From assembly GCA_963792585.1 (NCBI GenBank), contig CAWBWI010000001.1, positions 1,472,001 through 1,536,000 on the forward strand: DNA of 64,000 nucleotides, written 5' to 3'. The translations under genes were made by a program, and so were the position numbers. Source of the stretch: Candidatus Eiseniibacteriota bacterium. Its GTDB lineage: Bacteria > Eisenbacteria > RBG-16-71-46 > CAIMUX01 > VGJL01. Numbering within the stretch: the first letter of the stretch is position 1; the number at the start of each line of letters is the position of its first letter. Under the pieces are notes generated by a model. It had not been told where the DNA came from and made no database searches. It was given only the letters and a program-made list of their open reading frames with translations. Positions 49,563 to 58,800 of the stretch are shown here, piece by piece.

Positions 49563-50951
49563 CTAAGGAGCCGGTGGCCGGACCGCGTCGGTCCCGCCCT
49601 CCCCGTCGGAGCCTTCGTCCGCCACGCCGGGGGAATCCTCGTCCTTGAGATCGCCAAGGCGGCGGTAGAGCGCGCTGCGAGAAAGGCCCAACATCCGAGC
49701 GGCCTCCCGCTTGTCGTCATCGACCGCCTTGAGGGTCTGACGGATGATCTCGCGCTCGGCCGTCTCAAGGGGGGTCCCCACCGAAATCTGGATCGTCCGA
49801 GGCCGCTCGGGACGGATCTCGGCAGGAAGATGCTCGATCGCGATCTCTCCTCCCCGAGACAGAACGAAAGCATGCTCGAGGACATGCTCGAGTTCTCGCA
49901 CATTGCCAGGCCATGAGTAGGCGTCGAAGGCCCGCCACACCCGATCCGACATGGGCGGGATGGGTCGGTCGGCCTCCCGCGCGAGTCGCGACAGGATGGA
50001 GCGGGTCAGGATCGCAATGTCCTCGCGCCGCTCGCGAAGGGGCGGGATGTGGATCTCGATCACGTGGAGCCGATAGTAGAGGTCCTCGCGGAACTCCTTC
50101 TTTTGGGCAAGCAGGCGGAGTTCCCGGTTGGTCGCCGCGATGACGCGCACGTCCGTCTTGTGCGTCTGCGAGGATCCGACCCGCTCGAACTCCCCGACCT
50201 GGAGCACGCGCAAGAGTCGCGCCTGTGTCGTGTACGACATCTCCGAGACCTCGTCGAGGAAGAGAGTCCCCCCATTGGCGTATTCGAAACGCCCCGTGCG
50301 CGGACGGTCCGCCCCGGTGAACGCGCCCTTCTCGTGGCCGAACAGCTCGGACTCGATCAGGTTCTCGGGCAGTGCCGCGCAGTTGACGCGCACCAGTGGA
50401 CCCTTCGCCCGTGGGCTGTTCCGGTGGATCAACTCGGCTACGATCTCCTTCCCGGTGCCTGTTTCTCCGGTGATCAGGACGGTGCTGCGCGAGGGTGCCG
50501 CCAGCGCGATCAACTCGCGCACCTGCAGGATTCCCCCGCTCTCCCCTTCGAGGCGCGGTCCGTCTCCGGCCTCCGGTTCGGCCGGCGTACGCGCCTTGCG
50601 GACCTTCGCGAATGCGGCCCGGAGAACGGCGAGGCGCACCGGCTTCGAAAGGTAGTCGAATGCGCCGAGTCTCAAAGCCTCAACCGCCGACTCGACCGAG
50701 GCGTGGCCGGTCACCATGATGAACGGCACGTGTTCCCCCGTCGCCCGCAGGCGGCGGAGCATCTCGATTCCGTCGATCCCCGGCATCATGAGATCGCAGA
50801 GGACCAGGTCCGCTCCCTCGACGCGCAGCATCGACAGGGCTTCCGCGGCGGCTGGGGCCTCCCGCACCTCCCATCCCTCCCGGCGCGCGATCGCCGCCAG
50901 ACTTGCCCGGGTGTCTGCATCGTCGTCGACGATGAGGATTCGCTCAGCCAT
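49563..50951 (-). CDS. Sigma-54-dependent response regulator (NtrC/AtoC family)
   Basis: REC + AAA (GETGTGKE, ESELFGHEKGAFTGA, WPGNVREL) + Fis HTH. Confidence 0.96.
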   Translation of the reverse strand: MAERILIVDDDADTRASLAAIARREGWEVREAPAAAEALSMLRVEGADLVLCDLMMPGIDGIEMLRRLRATGEHVPFIMVTGHASVESAVEALRLGAFDYLSKPVRLAVLRAAFAKVRKARTPAEPEAGDGPRLEGESGGILQVRELIALAAPSRSTVLITGETGTGKEIVAELIHRNSPRAKGPLVRVNCAALPENLIESELFGHEKGAFTGADRPRTGRFEYANGGTLFLDEVSEMSYTTQARLLRVLQVGEFERVGSSQTHKTDVRVIAATNRELRLLAQKKEFREDLYYRLHVIEIHIPPLRERREDIAILTRSILSRLAREADRPIPPMSDRVWRAFDAYSWPGNVRELEHVLEHAFVLSRGGEIAIEHLPAEIRPERPRTIQISVGTPLETAEREIIRQTLKAVDDDKREAARMLGLSRSALYRRLGDLKDEDSPGVADEGSDGEGGTDAVRPPAP

Positions 50952-52137
50952 CGAGCTCGGTCCCATTCACGGGTATGCGGACGACCGCCTCCGCCCCTCC
51001 GTCGGGATGGTTGCGGAGATCGATCGTCCCACGGTGCGCGAGCACGATCTCCTGGACGAGATGCAAGCCCAGGCCCGAACCGACGCGTTTGGTGGTGGTG
51101 AATATCTCGAAAGCGCCGCCCCCGACCAATTCCGGAGGCAGGCCCGGCCCGTTGTCCCGCAGTCGCACGACAAGGGAACCCTCCTCGGTCCCGGCATCGA
51201 TCTCGATCCGCGGCGCGATCTCTTCGGGAATCGCATCGAGCGAGTTCCCGGCCAAGTTGTGAAAGACGCGGAGCATCTGGAGGGGATCGAGCCAAACTTC
51301 CGACTCCGGATCGCGGCAGCGGATTTCGATCTCGTAACCGGCCCGGTGGCTCTTCGAAAGCAGTTCGGTTCGAACGGTCTCCAGGAACTCCCCCAGGAGG
51401 AAGCGGGACCGGTGCGGCTTGATCGGCCGGATCATGAGCAGGTAGTCTTCTGCGAGTCCTTCGATCCGCTGGATCTCTCGCATGAAGAGGCCGAGGGAAT
51501 TGCGTACCCGCTGGCTGAGCGCGGCATCTGCTCGATCCCCGGCCGACACGAGTAGCTCGTCGATTTCCTCGGCGAGAATTTCCGCCTCGAGAGCGAGGAC
51601 ACCAAGGGGGGTCCGAAGCTCGTGGAATACCTTGCCGACCACCCGGGCAAGGGCAACGAGTCGCTCGGTCTGCAGGATCTTCTCCTGCATCGCCCGCTTC
51701 TCGGTCTGATCGAGGATGATGGACGTCGCACCGACCACACGTCCACCCACGTCGCGGACGATGGAGCGACAAACCTCGACCGGGATCCGCCGGCCATCGC
51801 GCGCGATGCAGTCGGTGGCGAAGAAGAGGACCTGTCCTTCCGCCGTCACGCGGCGCCTCAACTCCTCCTCGGCAACGCGCGCGTGATCACCGGAGACCAG
51901 GATTCCGTATGACTTGCCGACTACCTCTTCGGGCGCATAGCCCAGCAGCCGCTCGGCGCCGGCGCTCCAGACGTGGATCCGGTCCCCCGGATCCGTCACG
52001 ACGAACGCGACCGCGGCCTGGCGGACCACCGCCTCGAACGAGCGGGCGACCAGTTCTCCCGATGTGGGTTCGCCTGCACCCGGCGCGCGATCGGCGGCAT
52101 CCGCCGAAGTGGGATCGGTCCCTTGGGTGGAATCCAT
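50944..52137 (-). CDS. PAS-domain sensor histidine kinase
   Basis: PAS (WSAGAERLLGY..VVGK), HELRTPL, DNGPG, GSGLGL; overlaps the NtrC-family gene. Confidence 0.93.
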   Translation of the reverse strand: MDSTQGTDPTSADAADRAPGAGEPTSGELVARSFEAVVRQAAVAFVVTDPGDRIHVWSAGAERLLGYAPEEVVGKSYGILVSGDHARVAEEELRRRVTAEGQVLFFATDCIARDGRRIPVEVCRSIVRDVGGRVVGATSIILDQTEKRAMQEKILQTERLVALARVVGKVFHELRTPLGVLALEAEILAEEIDELLVSAGDRADAALSQRVRNSLGLFMREIQRIEGLAEDYLLMIRPIKPHRSRFLLGEFLETVRTELLSKSHRAGYEIEIRCRDPESEVWLDPLQMLRVFHNLAGNSLDAIPEEIAPRIEIDAGTEEGSLVVRLRDNGPGLPPELVGGGAFEIFTTTKRVGSGLGLHLVQEIVLAHRGTIDLRNHPDGGAEAVVRIPVNGTELDG

Positions 52138-52207
52138 GGCGCGCAGTCTAGCCGCCGGTGCGAGAGGCGGTCAATCGCCGTCGGCGGGAGAGGATGGAAG
52201 TGAGCGT

Positions 52208-52978
52208 CTAGAAGCGGAGGACGAGCTTGGTCCCGGCGGTGAGATTGGGAGCGAAGCTGCGGACCTGAGCCGGCTCCATCTCGAGAAGGATCAGGATCGA
52301 CCCTTTCCGGTAGGCACGCATCTTCGCCTCGGGGGTGTCCGCCTGGAACGAGCGCCACCATTTCCGAAAAACCTGCTTCCAACGCTCCCAGCGGGAGTCG
52401 GAAGGGATCTGCCCGTCGAGCGCAACGACAAGGTTTCGCTCGAACTCGAGCATCGACAGGATCGAGGCATTGCGGATCTGCCTGGTGAGCGTGCCGGTGG
52501 TGTCGGGACGATCCCGCACCGCCGTGGTGTCCTTCAGCGCCAGAGTCGGGACCTCCTCGAACCATTGGTCCTTCTGGAGCACGAACGGCACCTCGCAGAA
52601 CCCGAGCCGTGTCGTGTCACCCGGAACCGCCCGGGCCAGCCGGCTCAGGCTGATCTTCCGGATCGGGACGGTGGTCAGCATGACCCCCTTGAGTTCCAGC
52701 TTCAGTGTCATTTCGGGTATATCGAGGATGAGGTACGGATCACTCTGCTTGCTCAACGCGAGACGCGCCTTCAGCACGGCATTGGTCGCGCGCAGTCGGA
52801 GGTACTCGCCATAGAGACCGTTCTGATTCGTGGAGGCGGGCGCCGGGGTGGATGACTCGGCCAGCTTTGGGCTCCGCGACTTCTGAGCCGCCACAACCGC
52901 GGGCGCGCCAAGGGCGATCAGACAGATAAGCGGGAGGAGCGAAGCGGGGTTACAGGCGAAACCTCGTTTTGCGGCCAC
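52208..52978 (-). CDS. Exported L,D-transpeptidase-like protein without the catalytic His/Cys
   Basis: Signal, coiled coil, PYLILDIPEMTLKL (compare PYIVINTTLNRLYL next door), ends NLTAGTKLVL; no HGC motif; start uncertain. Confidence 0.6.
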   Translation of the reverse strand: MAAKRGFACNPASLLPLICLIALGAPAVVAAQKSRSPKLAESSTPAPASTNQNGLYGEYLRLRATNAVLKARLALSKQSDPYLILDIPEMTLKLELKGVMLTTVPIRKISLSRLARAVPGDTTRLGFCEVPFVLQKDQWFEEVPTLALKDTTAVRDRPDTTGTLTRQIRNASILSMLEFERNLVVALDGQIPSDSRWERWKQVFRKWWRSFQADTPEAKMRAYRKGSILILLEMEPAQVRSFAPNLTAGTKLVLRF

Positions 52979-52982
52979 AGGG

Positions 52983-53642
52983 CTAGAAGAGGTAGACCGG
53001 CGTTCCGGAACGGGTCGCCTTCCAAACCACATCGAGGTCATCGTCGCCCATCCGGACGCAGCCGTGGGTGACGTTGTTACCCAGGAGCATCTTGAACGGC
53101 GTTCCATGGATCATGTAGCCGTCGCCGAAGTGCATGGCGTAGCTCCCCAACATCCCCTCTTCAAATCGGAGTTTGGATCCGGGAGGCGGAATCGGCTCCC
53201 CGAGTTCGACGAACGACCAATCGGGACGAACCCACACGGGGTCTTTCACCCTCTGGCCAATCCTGTAGACCCCGCGAGGGGTGGAGAAGAACCAACGATG
53301 CCTGCCGTCGGGAGTCACCAATTCGCTGTTGCTGCCGGTTGAGCAGACCGCCTCGAGAACCACCTCACTCCCCTTCCGGAGATAGAGGCGATTGAGCGTC
53401 GTGTTGATGACGATGTAGGGCTCTTTGGGCAGCAGCTTGTCGATGCGAGACTCGAGCTGGCTGTTCTCCTTGCGGAGGGCGGCCAGTCGCTTCTGCATCC
53501 ATACGGGATCCGGAGTCCCACCCGATTCCAGCGAAGAGCCACCCTTGAAGTCACAGCCTCCGAGGAGCGCCGCGATCAGGATGGCCACTGCCGCGAGGAC
53601 CATCCCAATCCCGCGGCTCCGATTTCCTTGATATTCGTTCAT
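52983..53642 (-). CDS. L,D-transpeptidase (YkuD family), probable lipoprotein
   Basis: TPRG, P.W..PDW, IHGT..LGNNVTHGCVRM catalytic motif; lipobox-like LGGC. Confidence 0.93.
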   Translation of the reverse strand: MNEYQGNRSRGIGMVLAAVAILIAALLGGCDFKGGSSLESGGTPDPVWMQKRLAALRKENSQLESRIDKLLPKEPYIVINTTLNRLYLRKGSEVVLEAVCSTGSNSELVTPDGRHRWFFSTPRGVYRIGQRVKDPVWVRPDWSFVELGEPIPPPGSKLRFEEGMLGSYAMHFGDGYMIHGTPFKMLLGNNVTHGCVRMGDDDLDVVWKATRSGTPVYLF

Positions 53643-53672
53643 AGCGTATGTCTGGGACCCGACCCTTCGACG

Positions 53673-53717
53673 AATGGTGGGTGGGGCGCTCGTCCTGAGC
53701 CGTCCCACCCACCCATT
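53673..53717 (-). terminator. Intra-operon stem-loop after the lipoprotein gene
   Basis: AATGG-TGGGTGGG...CCCACCCA-CCCATT long inverted repeat. Confidence 0.55.
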
Positions 53718-53779
53718 ACCTGCCGCCACAGATAACCAGCAGTTCTGCGTCTGGTCGATGTCTTAACTTGACCGCTGAA

Positions 53780-54424
53780 CTACTTCGCTACGGGAACGAT
53801 GGCGTCGAGCTGGCTATTGACGCTCTGGAGCTTGCCAGCCGCGTCCTTCGACATGCTCAGGGACATCTTGTACTTCTGTCCATCATAGGCGGACTTCGCA
53901 TTCGCGAGCACCGCCGGAATTGCGTCGGCTTCGGACTTGATCGCTTCCATCTTGGCGCGCTCGTCCTTGTCCTTCGCACGCATCAGCTTCATGACTTCCT
54001 TGGTCTTGAAGCGCTCGCCGAGAGCGGTGATCCCCTGCTCGATCTGCGCCATCAGAGCCTCGGAGTCCTTCCGCATCTGCTCCTTGTTGGCAACAGCCTT
54101 GTCGCCAGCAACCTTGGCAACCTGCGCGGTTGCGAGGGCCTTGGCCTTCGCGATCTTGTAGCTGCGGAACAACGCGAACTTCGCCTGCTGGCGATCGATC
54201 TCGCTCTGCGCCGACGCGAGCGAATCTTCGGCAGCCTTCAACTCTGCCGGAGCGTAATCCGAAGCTTCCTTCGTCCGAGCGTCGTCGATGGCGGCCTTCG
54301 CCGCGGCCATATCGGCCTCAGGCGGCTTGGCACAAGAGGCAAGACCGAGAACCAACAGCAACAGCACACCCGACCACACCGCTAGCGTGTAACGCCGCGA
54401 GGATCGCCGAACAGAACTGCTCAT
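53780..54424 (-). CDS. Alanine/lysine-rich helical lipoprotein (DUF4398-like)
   Basis: Lipobox LASC-AKPP; AKAAIDDARTKEASDYAPAELKAAE..FRSY; C-terminal Lys. Confidence 0.85.
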   Translation of the reverse strand: MSSSVRRSSRRYTLAVWSGVLLLLVLGLASCAKPPEADMAAAKAAIDDARTKEASDYAPAELKAAEDSLASAQSEIDRQQAKFALFRSYKIAKAKALATAQVAKVAGDKAVANKEQMRKDSEALMAQIEQGITALGERFKTKEVMKLMRAKDKDERAKMEAIKSEADAIPAVLANAKSAYDGQKYKMSLSMSKDAAGKLQSVNSQLDAIVPVAK

Positions 54425-54517
54425 GACTTTGGACACTCCTTTCGTATCTTGGCAGCAGACCGAACCACATCCCCCAATGGATGCAGTATCCTGCCGAACG
54501 TAGCTGCCATACGCTAC

Positions 54518-54533
54518 TGCACAGGCCGTGCCA
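54518..54533 (-). promoter_or_regulatory. Sigma-54 -24/-12 promoter
   Basis: TGGCACGGCCTGTGCA with exact GG-N10-GC spacing. Confidence 0.75.
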
Positions 54534-54637
54534 GACAATGGACTGGGGTTTTCCCGACGTCAAGTGTGAAGTCCCTGTGGGTTACGGCGTCGGCTCGGGC
54601 CCCTGAAGGGCGGCGGGGGGGGCCGCGCGGGCCGTCT

Positions 54638-54685
54638 TGTCCGCTTGTGGGAATCTTCCCCAAAGAAGCGTCCCAACAATGGGAC
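54638..54685. promoter_or_regulatory. Paired putative enhancer (UAS) sites
   Basis: GTCCC-AACAAT-GGGAC (54670) and weaker TGTCC-GCTTGT-GGGAA (54638), again 32 bp apart. Confidence 0.62.
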
Positions 54686-54697
54686 GGTTGAGAGGGC

Positions 54698-55795
54698 ATG
54701 GATAGGCTGACTTCGGCGGGCCTGCAATCGGGGATCCGGCAGGAACCTGGCCCCTTTCGACGACAATTGCTGGATTGGTACCGGCGGGAGCGCCGGGACC
54801 TCCCCTGGCGCGCGACCCAGGACGCCTACCGGGTATGGGTCTCGGAGGTGATGCTTCAACAGACCCGTGTCGAGGTGGTGGCGCCGAGATATCAGTCCTT
54901 CCTGGCGAGATTCCCATCCTTGGGGGCCCTGGCCAACGCCGCCGAGGAGGAGGTTCTGGCCGCGTGGTCGGGCTTGGGCTATTACCGCCGGGCCCGCCAC
55001 CTGCACGCCTCTGCGGGTCGGATCCTCCGCGACCACGAGGGCCGATTCCCCAGCGATCGGGCCGATGCCCTCCGTCTCCCCGGCGTAGGAGCCTACATCG
55101 CGCACGCCGTGCTGAGCATCGCCTACGACGTACCGTTGGCAGTCGTGGATGGCAACGTGGTCCGCGTGCTCTCCCGTCTCGGGATGATCGCGACCCGCGC
55201 TCCCGCGGCGTTTCAGGAGGAAGCGGACCGTCTCCTCGATCCATGTTCCCCCGGGGACGCCAATCAGGCGCTGATGGAGCTCGGAGCAACCATCTGCACA
55301 CCCCAGAACCCACGCTGCGACGACTGCCCGATCGAGTCCCTGTGCGGGGCCCGCGCAACCGGCCGTGTCGCGGAGTTTCCGCCTGTCGCGTCGAGGCAGT
55401 CGACCAACTCCGTCGAGACGGGCCTCTGGATCATCCTCGACCGCCGAGGCAGGATCTGGCTCGAGAAACGCGATGCCCCACCGCTGCGTGGGATGTGGAT
55501 GCTCCCTTGGAGCGAGGGCCCGAGCGGGCGCGATGGGGCGCGGGCCGTGGGCACGGTCCCTCACGCCATCATGAACCGGCGCTATCGATGTTCCGTCTGG
55601 GAGATTCGGGGGGGGGCCGAAGGGATCCCGGTCAGATCCGGTGCGGAAGGGCGGTGGGTACGGAAGGAAGAGATCGATGATCTCCCTCACTCTTCCTTGC
55701 TCACAAAGGCGCTCGCGGTGTGGGAACGCGACAAGCAGCGCAGGTCGCCCCGGAAACGTTCAGACCGTGACGTGGGCGCGCAGCCGGGTACGTAG
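54698..55795 (+). CDS. mutY: A/G-specific adenine DNA glycosylase
   Basis: WVSEVMLQQT, WSGLGYYRRAR, LPGVGAY, VDGNVVRV, CTPQNPRCDDCPIESLC. Confidence 0.95.
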   Translation: MDRLTSAGLQSGIRQEPGPFRRQLLDWYRRERRDLPWRATQDAYRVWVSEVMLQQTRVEVVAPRYQSFLARFPSLGALANAAEEEVLAAWSGLGYYRRARHLHASAGRILRDHEGRFPSDRADALRLPGVGAYIAHAVLSIAYDVPLAVVDGNVVRVLSRLGMIATRAPAAFQEEADRLLDPCSPGDANQALMELGATICTPQNPRCDDCPIESLCGARATGRVAEFPPVASRQSTNSVETGLWIILDRRGRIWLEKRDAPPLRGMWMLPWSEGPSGRDGARAVGTVPHAIMNRRYRCSVWEIRGGAEGIPVRSGAEGRWVRKEEIDDLPHSSLLTKALAVWERDKQRRSPRKRSDRDVGAQPGT

Positions 55796-56920
55796 AGACT
55801 CCAACCGCTGCGCGGCGCCCCCATCGGTCATCGAACGCAGCCCGTAGAGCTCTCGGAAGAGCGGAAGAAGCGCCGCCTCCGTTCCTCGCTCCAGGAGAAT
55901 CGCGGTCTCGATGGCGTACACCAAGTCGACGAAGGCCACCTTCGCATCTCCCGCAAGAGGGGAGTCGAGTATGCGCGTCAGGGAGCGTCCTTGTTCCGCG
56001 CGCACCCAGGCTTCCTCACCCTCGATGAACGCCTCGAGCTCACGCGCGGCCGTCGTATCCATCTCCCAGCCGCTCGCGCCGAGGTTCTCCTCGAGGTGCT
56101 CGATACTCGATGGACCGGTCAGGGCGCACACGATCCCCGGTTGGGCCAACACCCATGCGATCGCGACCTGCGCGATCGTCTTCCCCTCGCGTGATCCGAT
56201 CTCCCCCATCTTCGCGGCAACGCGGCGCGCCGACACGAGCCGTTCTCGACGGAAGAGCGGATCTATCTGCCGGATGTCGCCCTCGGGCAGGGTCTCCGGA
56301 TGGGGGGGCGATCCGGTCAGGAGGCCGCGGCCCGTGACACTGAAGGCGATACCCGCAACTCCCGATTTCCGGCAGGCCTGCAGGACGCCCTTCGCCGTGT
56401 GCCGCGCCATTGCCGACAACTCCATCAGGGCCGAGAAGGGCCGACCCACCTTCATGTAGACCTCGGCCCGAGCGGCCGGCATGTGACCGATTCCGTAGAA
56501 CCGAATCTTCCCGGCGCGGACGAGCGACTCGAGTGACTCGATCACCTCTTCCGCAGACCGGTCTGGTTCGTCGTAGTGAATCTGGAGCAGATCGATCCTA
56601 TCCGTCGCCAGCCGCCCGAGACTTTGCTCGCACGAGTTACGGATATGGGAGGCAGAGAGATCCGGACGCGCTCCGGGCAGGAGTCCGATCTTCGTGGCGA
56701 TGCAGACATAGGGACGATGCGGCCGCATGACCTTGCCCAAGACGCACTCGGCCTCGCCGTAGGAGTCGGCCGCATCGAAGAAGTTGACACCCCGTTCCCT
56801 CGCGCAGTCGAGAACGCGCGCGATGGCGCCGGTCGACTTTCGACCGTACGCTCCGCTCAGGGCGTAGCAGCCGATGCCGATCTGCGAGATGCTGAGGCCG
56901 TCGTGAGTCCTGTACTCCAT
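55760..56920 (-). CDS. Aldo/keto reductase with C-terminal extension
   Basis: IGIG, FDAADSYG, IATK, SLGRLATDRIDLLQIH, GKIRFYG, AQVAIAW. Confidence 0.92.
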   Translation of the reverse strand: MEYRTHDGLSISQIGIGCYALSGAYGRKSTGAIARVLDCARERGVNFFDAADSYGEAECVLGKVMRPHRPYVCIATKIGLLPGARPDLSASHIRNSCEQSLGRLATDRIDLLQIHYDEPDRSAEEVIESLESLVRAGKIRFYGIGHMPAARAEVYMKVGRPFSALMELSAMARHTAKGVLQACRKSGVAGIAFSVTGRGLLTGSPPHPETLPEGDIRQIDPLFRRERLVSARRVAAKMGEIGSREGKTIAQVAIAWVLAQPGIVCALTGPSSIEHLEENLGASGWEMDTTAARELEAFIEGEEAWVRAEQGRSLTRILDSPLAGDAKVAFVDLVYAIETAILLERGTEAALLPLFRELYGLRSMTDGGAAQRLESLRTRLRAHVTV

Positions 56921-57147
56921 GGTTCTGTCGCGACGGTTCTCCGGGCCCGCCGCAGCCGGAGCATAACCGATCGGGGTAGGTCCGAACCGTGGGGTTCGCG
57001 ACGCCACGCCTCGATCGCGTGTGAGTCGATCCCCCGCCTCGCACCGACCGTGGCCTGCACGCCGCAACCGGCCGGAAGCGACTCGACCGCTGCGGCACGG
57101 AAGGGCATCATCGGATCCAGGGCCGCGGGACACAAGGAGGAAACCAC

Positions 57148-58092
57148 GTGCAGATTCGCAAGGCTGTGATCTTCGGTGCGACCGGAGCTACGGGCAAGTG
57201 GATCGGATCCGAGCTGGCGCGGCGCGGAATCGCCGTGCGCGTCGTGTCCCGCAACCGGACGAACCTGGAGCGCGTGTTCCCGGAAGCGTGGGCCGAACGG
57301 ATCGAGGCGGACATCCACGATCCGGACGCCGCCGCGCGGGCCGCGGAGGGGTCCGATCTGATCTTCCACTGCGTCGGTCTCCCTTATCCGCAGTTCGCCG
57401 ATCACCCCGTCCTGGCGCGCTCGACGGCCGAAGCGATGCGGCGCACCGGCGCTCGGTGTCTCCTGGTCAGCAGCTACTATGCCTATGAGCCGATCATCAG
57501 GACGCCGATCGACGAGAACCATCCGCGGGAGCCCCGCGCGTTCAAGGCGAGGATGCGCAAGGAGCAGGAGGATATCCTGCTCGATGCCGGAGCGGCCGTC
57601 ACCCTCCTGCCCGACTTCTATGGCCCCGGCGTGGAGATCAGCATGCTCGGGCTCGCGCTCCGCGACATGGCCAGAGGGCGCACCGCCAACTGGATCGGAA
57701 AGCCCGATGTCCTCAGGCAGCACATCTATGTGCCCGACGCGGCCGGAATCCTCGTGAACCTCGCGGGGAAGGACGAGGCCTACGGCCAGAGGTGGAATGT
57801 CGCCACCTGCGATGGAGTCGCGATCGGTGATCTTCTCGGAATCGTCGAGCGAAGCCTCGGAAGGCGCCCTCGGATCCGAACCGTGGGCATCGCGACGCTT
57901 CGCCTGGGCGGACTCTTCAGTCCGGTCCTCCGGGGACTGGTCGAGCTCTACGATCTCTACACCGGCCCGATGGTGCTGGACCCTTCGAAGCTCCGCCGCC
58001 TCCTTGGTCACCTTCCAACCACCCCCTATGAGGACGGGATCCGCGCCACGCTCACTTCCATGCGACAGGCGCCGGGGCCGGGACAAGGCTGA
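57148..58092 (+). CDS. NAD(P)-dependent epimerase/dehydratase-like protein (atypical SDR)
   Basis: GATGATG, HCVGLPY, LPDFYGP, TPYEDGI. Confidence 0.85.
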   Translation: MQIRKAVIFGATGATGKWIGSELARRGIAVRVVSRNRTNLERVFPEAWAERIEADIHDPDAAARAAEGSDLIFHCVGLPYPQFADHPVLARSTAEAMRRTGARCLLVSSYYAYEPIIRTPIDENHPREPRAFKARMRKEQEDILLDAGAAVTLLPDFYGPGVEISMLGLALRDMARGRTANWIGKPDVLRQHIYVPDAAGILVNLAGKDEAYGQRWNVATCDGVAIGDLLGIVERSLGRRPRIRTVGIATLRLGGLFSPVLRGLVELYDLYTGPMVLDPSKLRRLLGHLPTTPYEDGIRATLTSMRQAPGPGQG

Positions 58093-58733
58093 TGACGGCT
58101 GAGGAGATCACGGCGAAACTGCGTGCGGCGCTCGCGGGGCCATTGCCGGGTCCGCAGGCGCACCTGCAGGCGCTGCCCCCCGGCTACCGTCGGGAGGCCC
58201 CTGTAGCGGGACTGCCGATCACGGGCGCGGCAGTGCTCCTGGCCCTGCGTTTCGATTCCCCCGACGGCCGAATCCTTTTCCCACTGATCCTGCGACCCGA
58301 CTCCATGGAGCACCATGCCGGCCAGATCGCCCTTCCCGGTGGAGCCATCGACGAGGGCGAGACTCCGGTCGACTGCGCGCTTCGGGAGGCCGAAGAGGAG
58401 ATTGGCCTCGACCCCGGACGCGTCGAGGTTCTGGGGAGGCTGACGCCGTTCGTGATCCCGATCAGCGGCTATCGGGTCGATCCGTTCGTAGGCACAGTGC
58501 GGGGATCGTTGGCGTACCGGCCCCGAGAGGCCGAGGTTCTGCGGATCCTGGCTGCCGACCCGGATCGCCTCGCACGCGAGGGCCCGCGACTCCGCCTATC
58601 CCTGGAACGGGCGGGTACGGTCGTGTCGTTTCCCGCCTACGACGTCGATGGCGAACCGGTGTGGGGCGCGACGGCCCTCATCCTTGCGGAGTTTCTCGCG
58701 ATCTGGCGTGAGGTTCGCGGCATCCTCGGCTGA
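58092..58733 (+). CDS. Nudix hydrolase, CoA pyrophosphatase family
   Basis: HAGQIALPGG..ALREAEEEIG Nudix box; VWGATA. Confidence 0.92.
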   Translation: MTAEEITAKLRAALAGPLPGPQAHLQALPPGYRREAPVAGLPITGAAVLLALRFDSPDGRILFPLILRPDSMEHHAGQIALPGGAIDEGETPVDCALREAEEEIGLDPGRVEVLGRLTPFVIPISGYRVDPFVGTVRGSLAYRPREAEVLRILAADPDRLAREGPRLRLSLERAGTVVSFPAYDVDGEPVWGATALILAEFLAIWREVRGILG

Positions 58734-58800
58734 TCGCGCAGCGACGCCGCCACCGCCCGCGCTCCTTCCTGCCGCGATGCGCCGCGCCGCTGGGGTTCCG

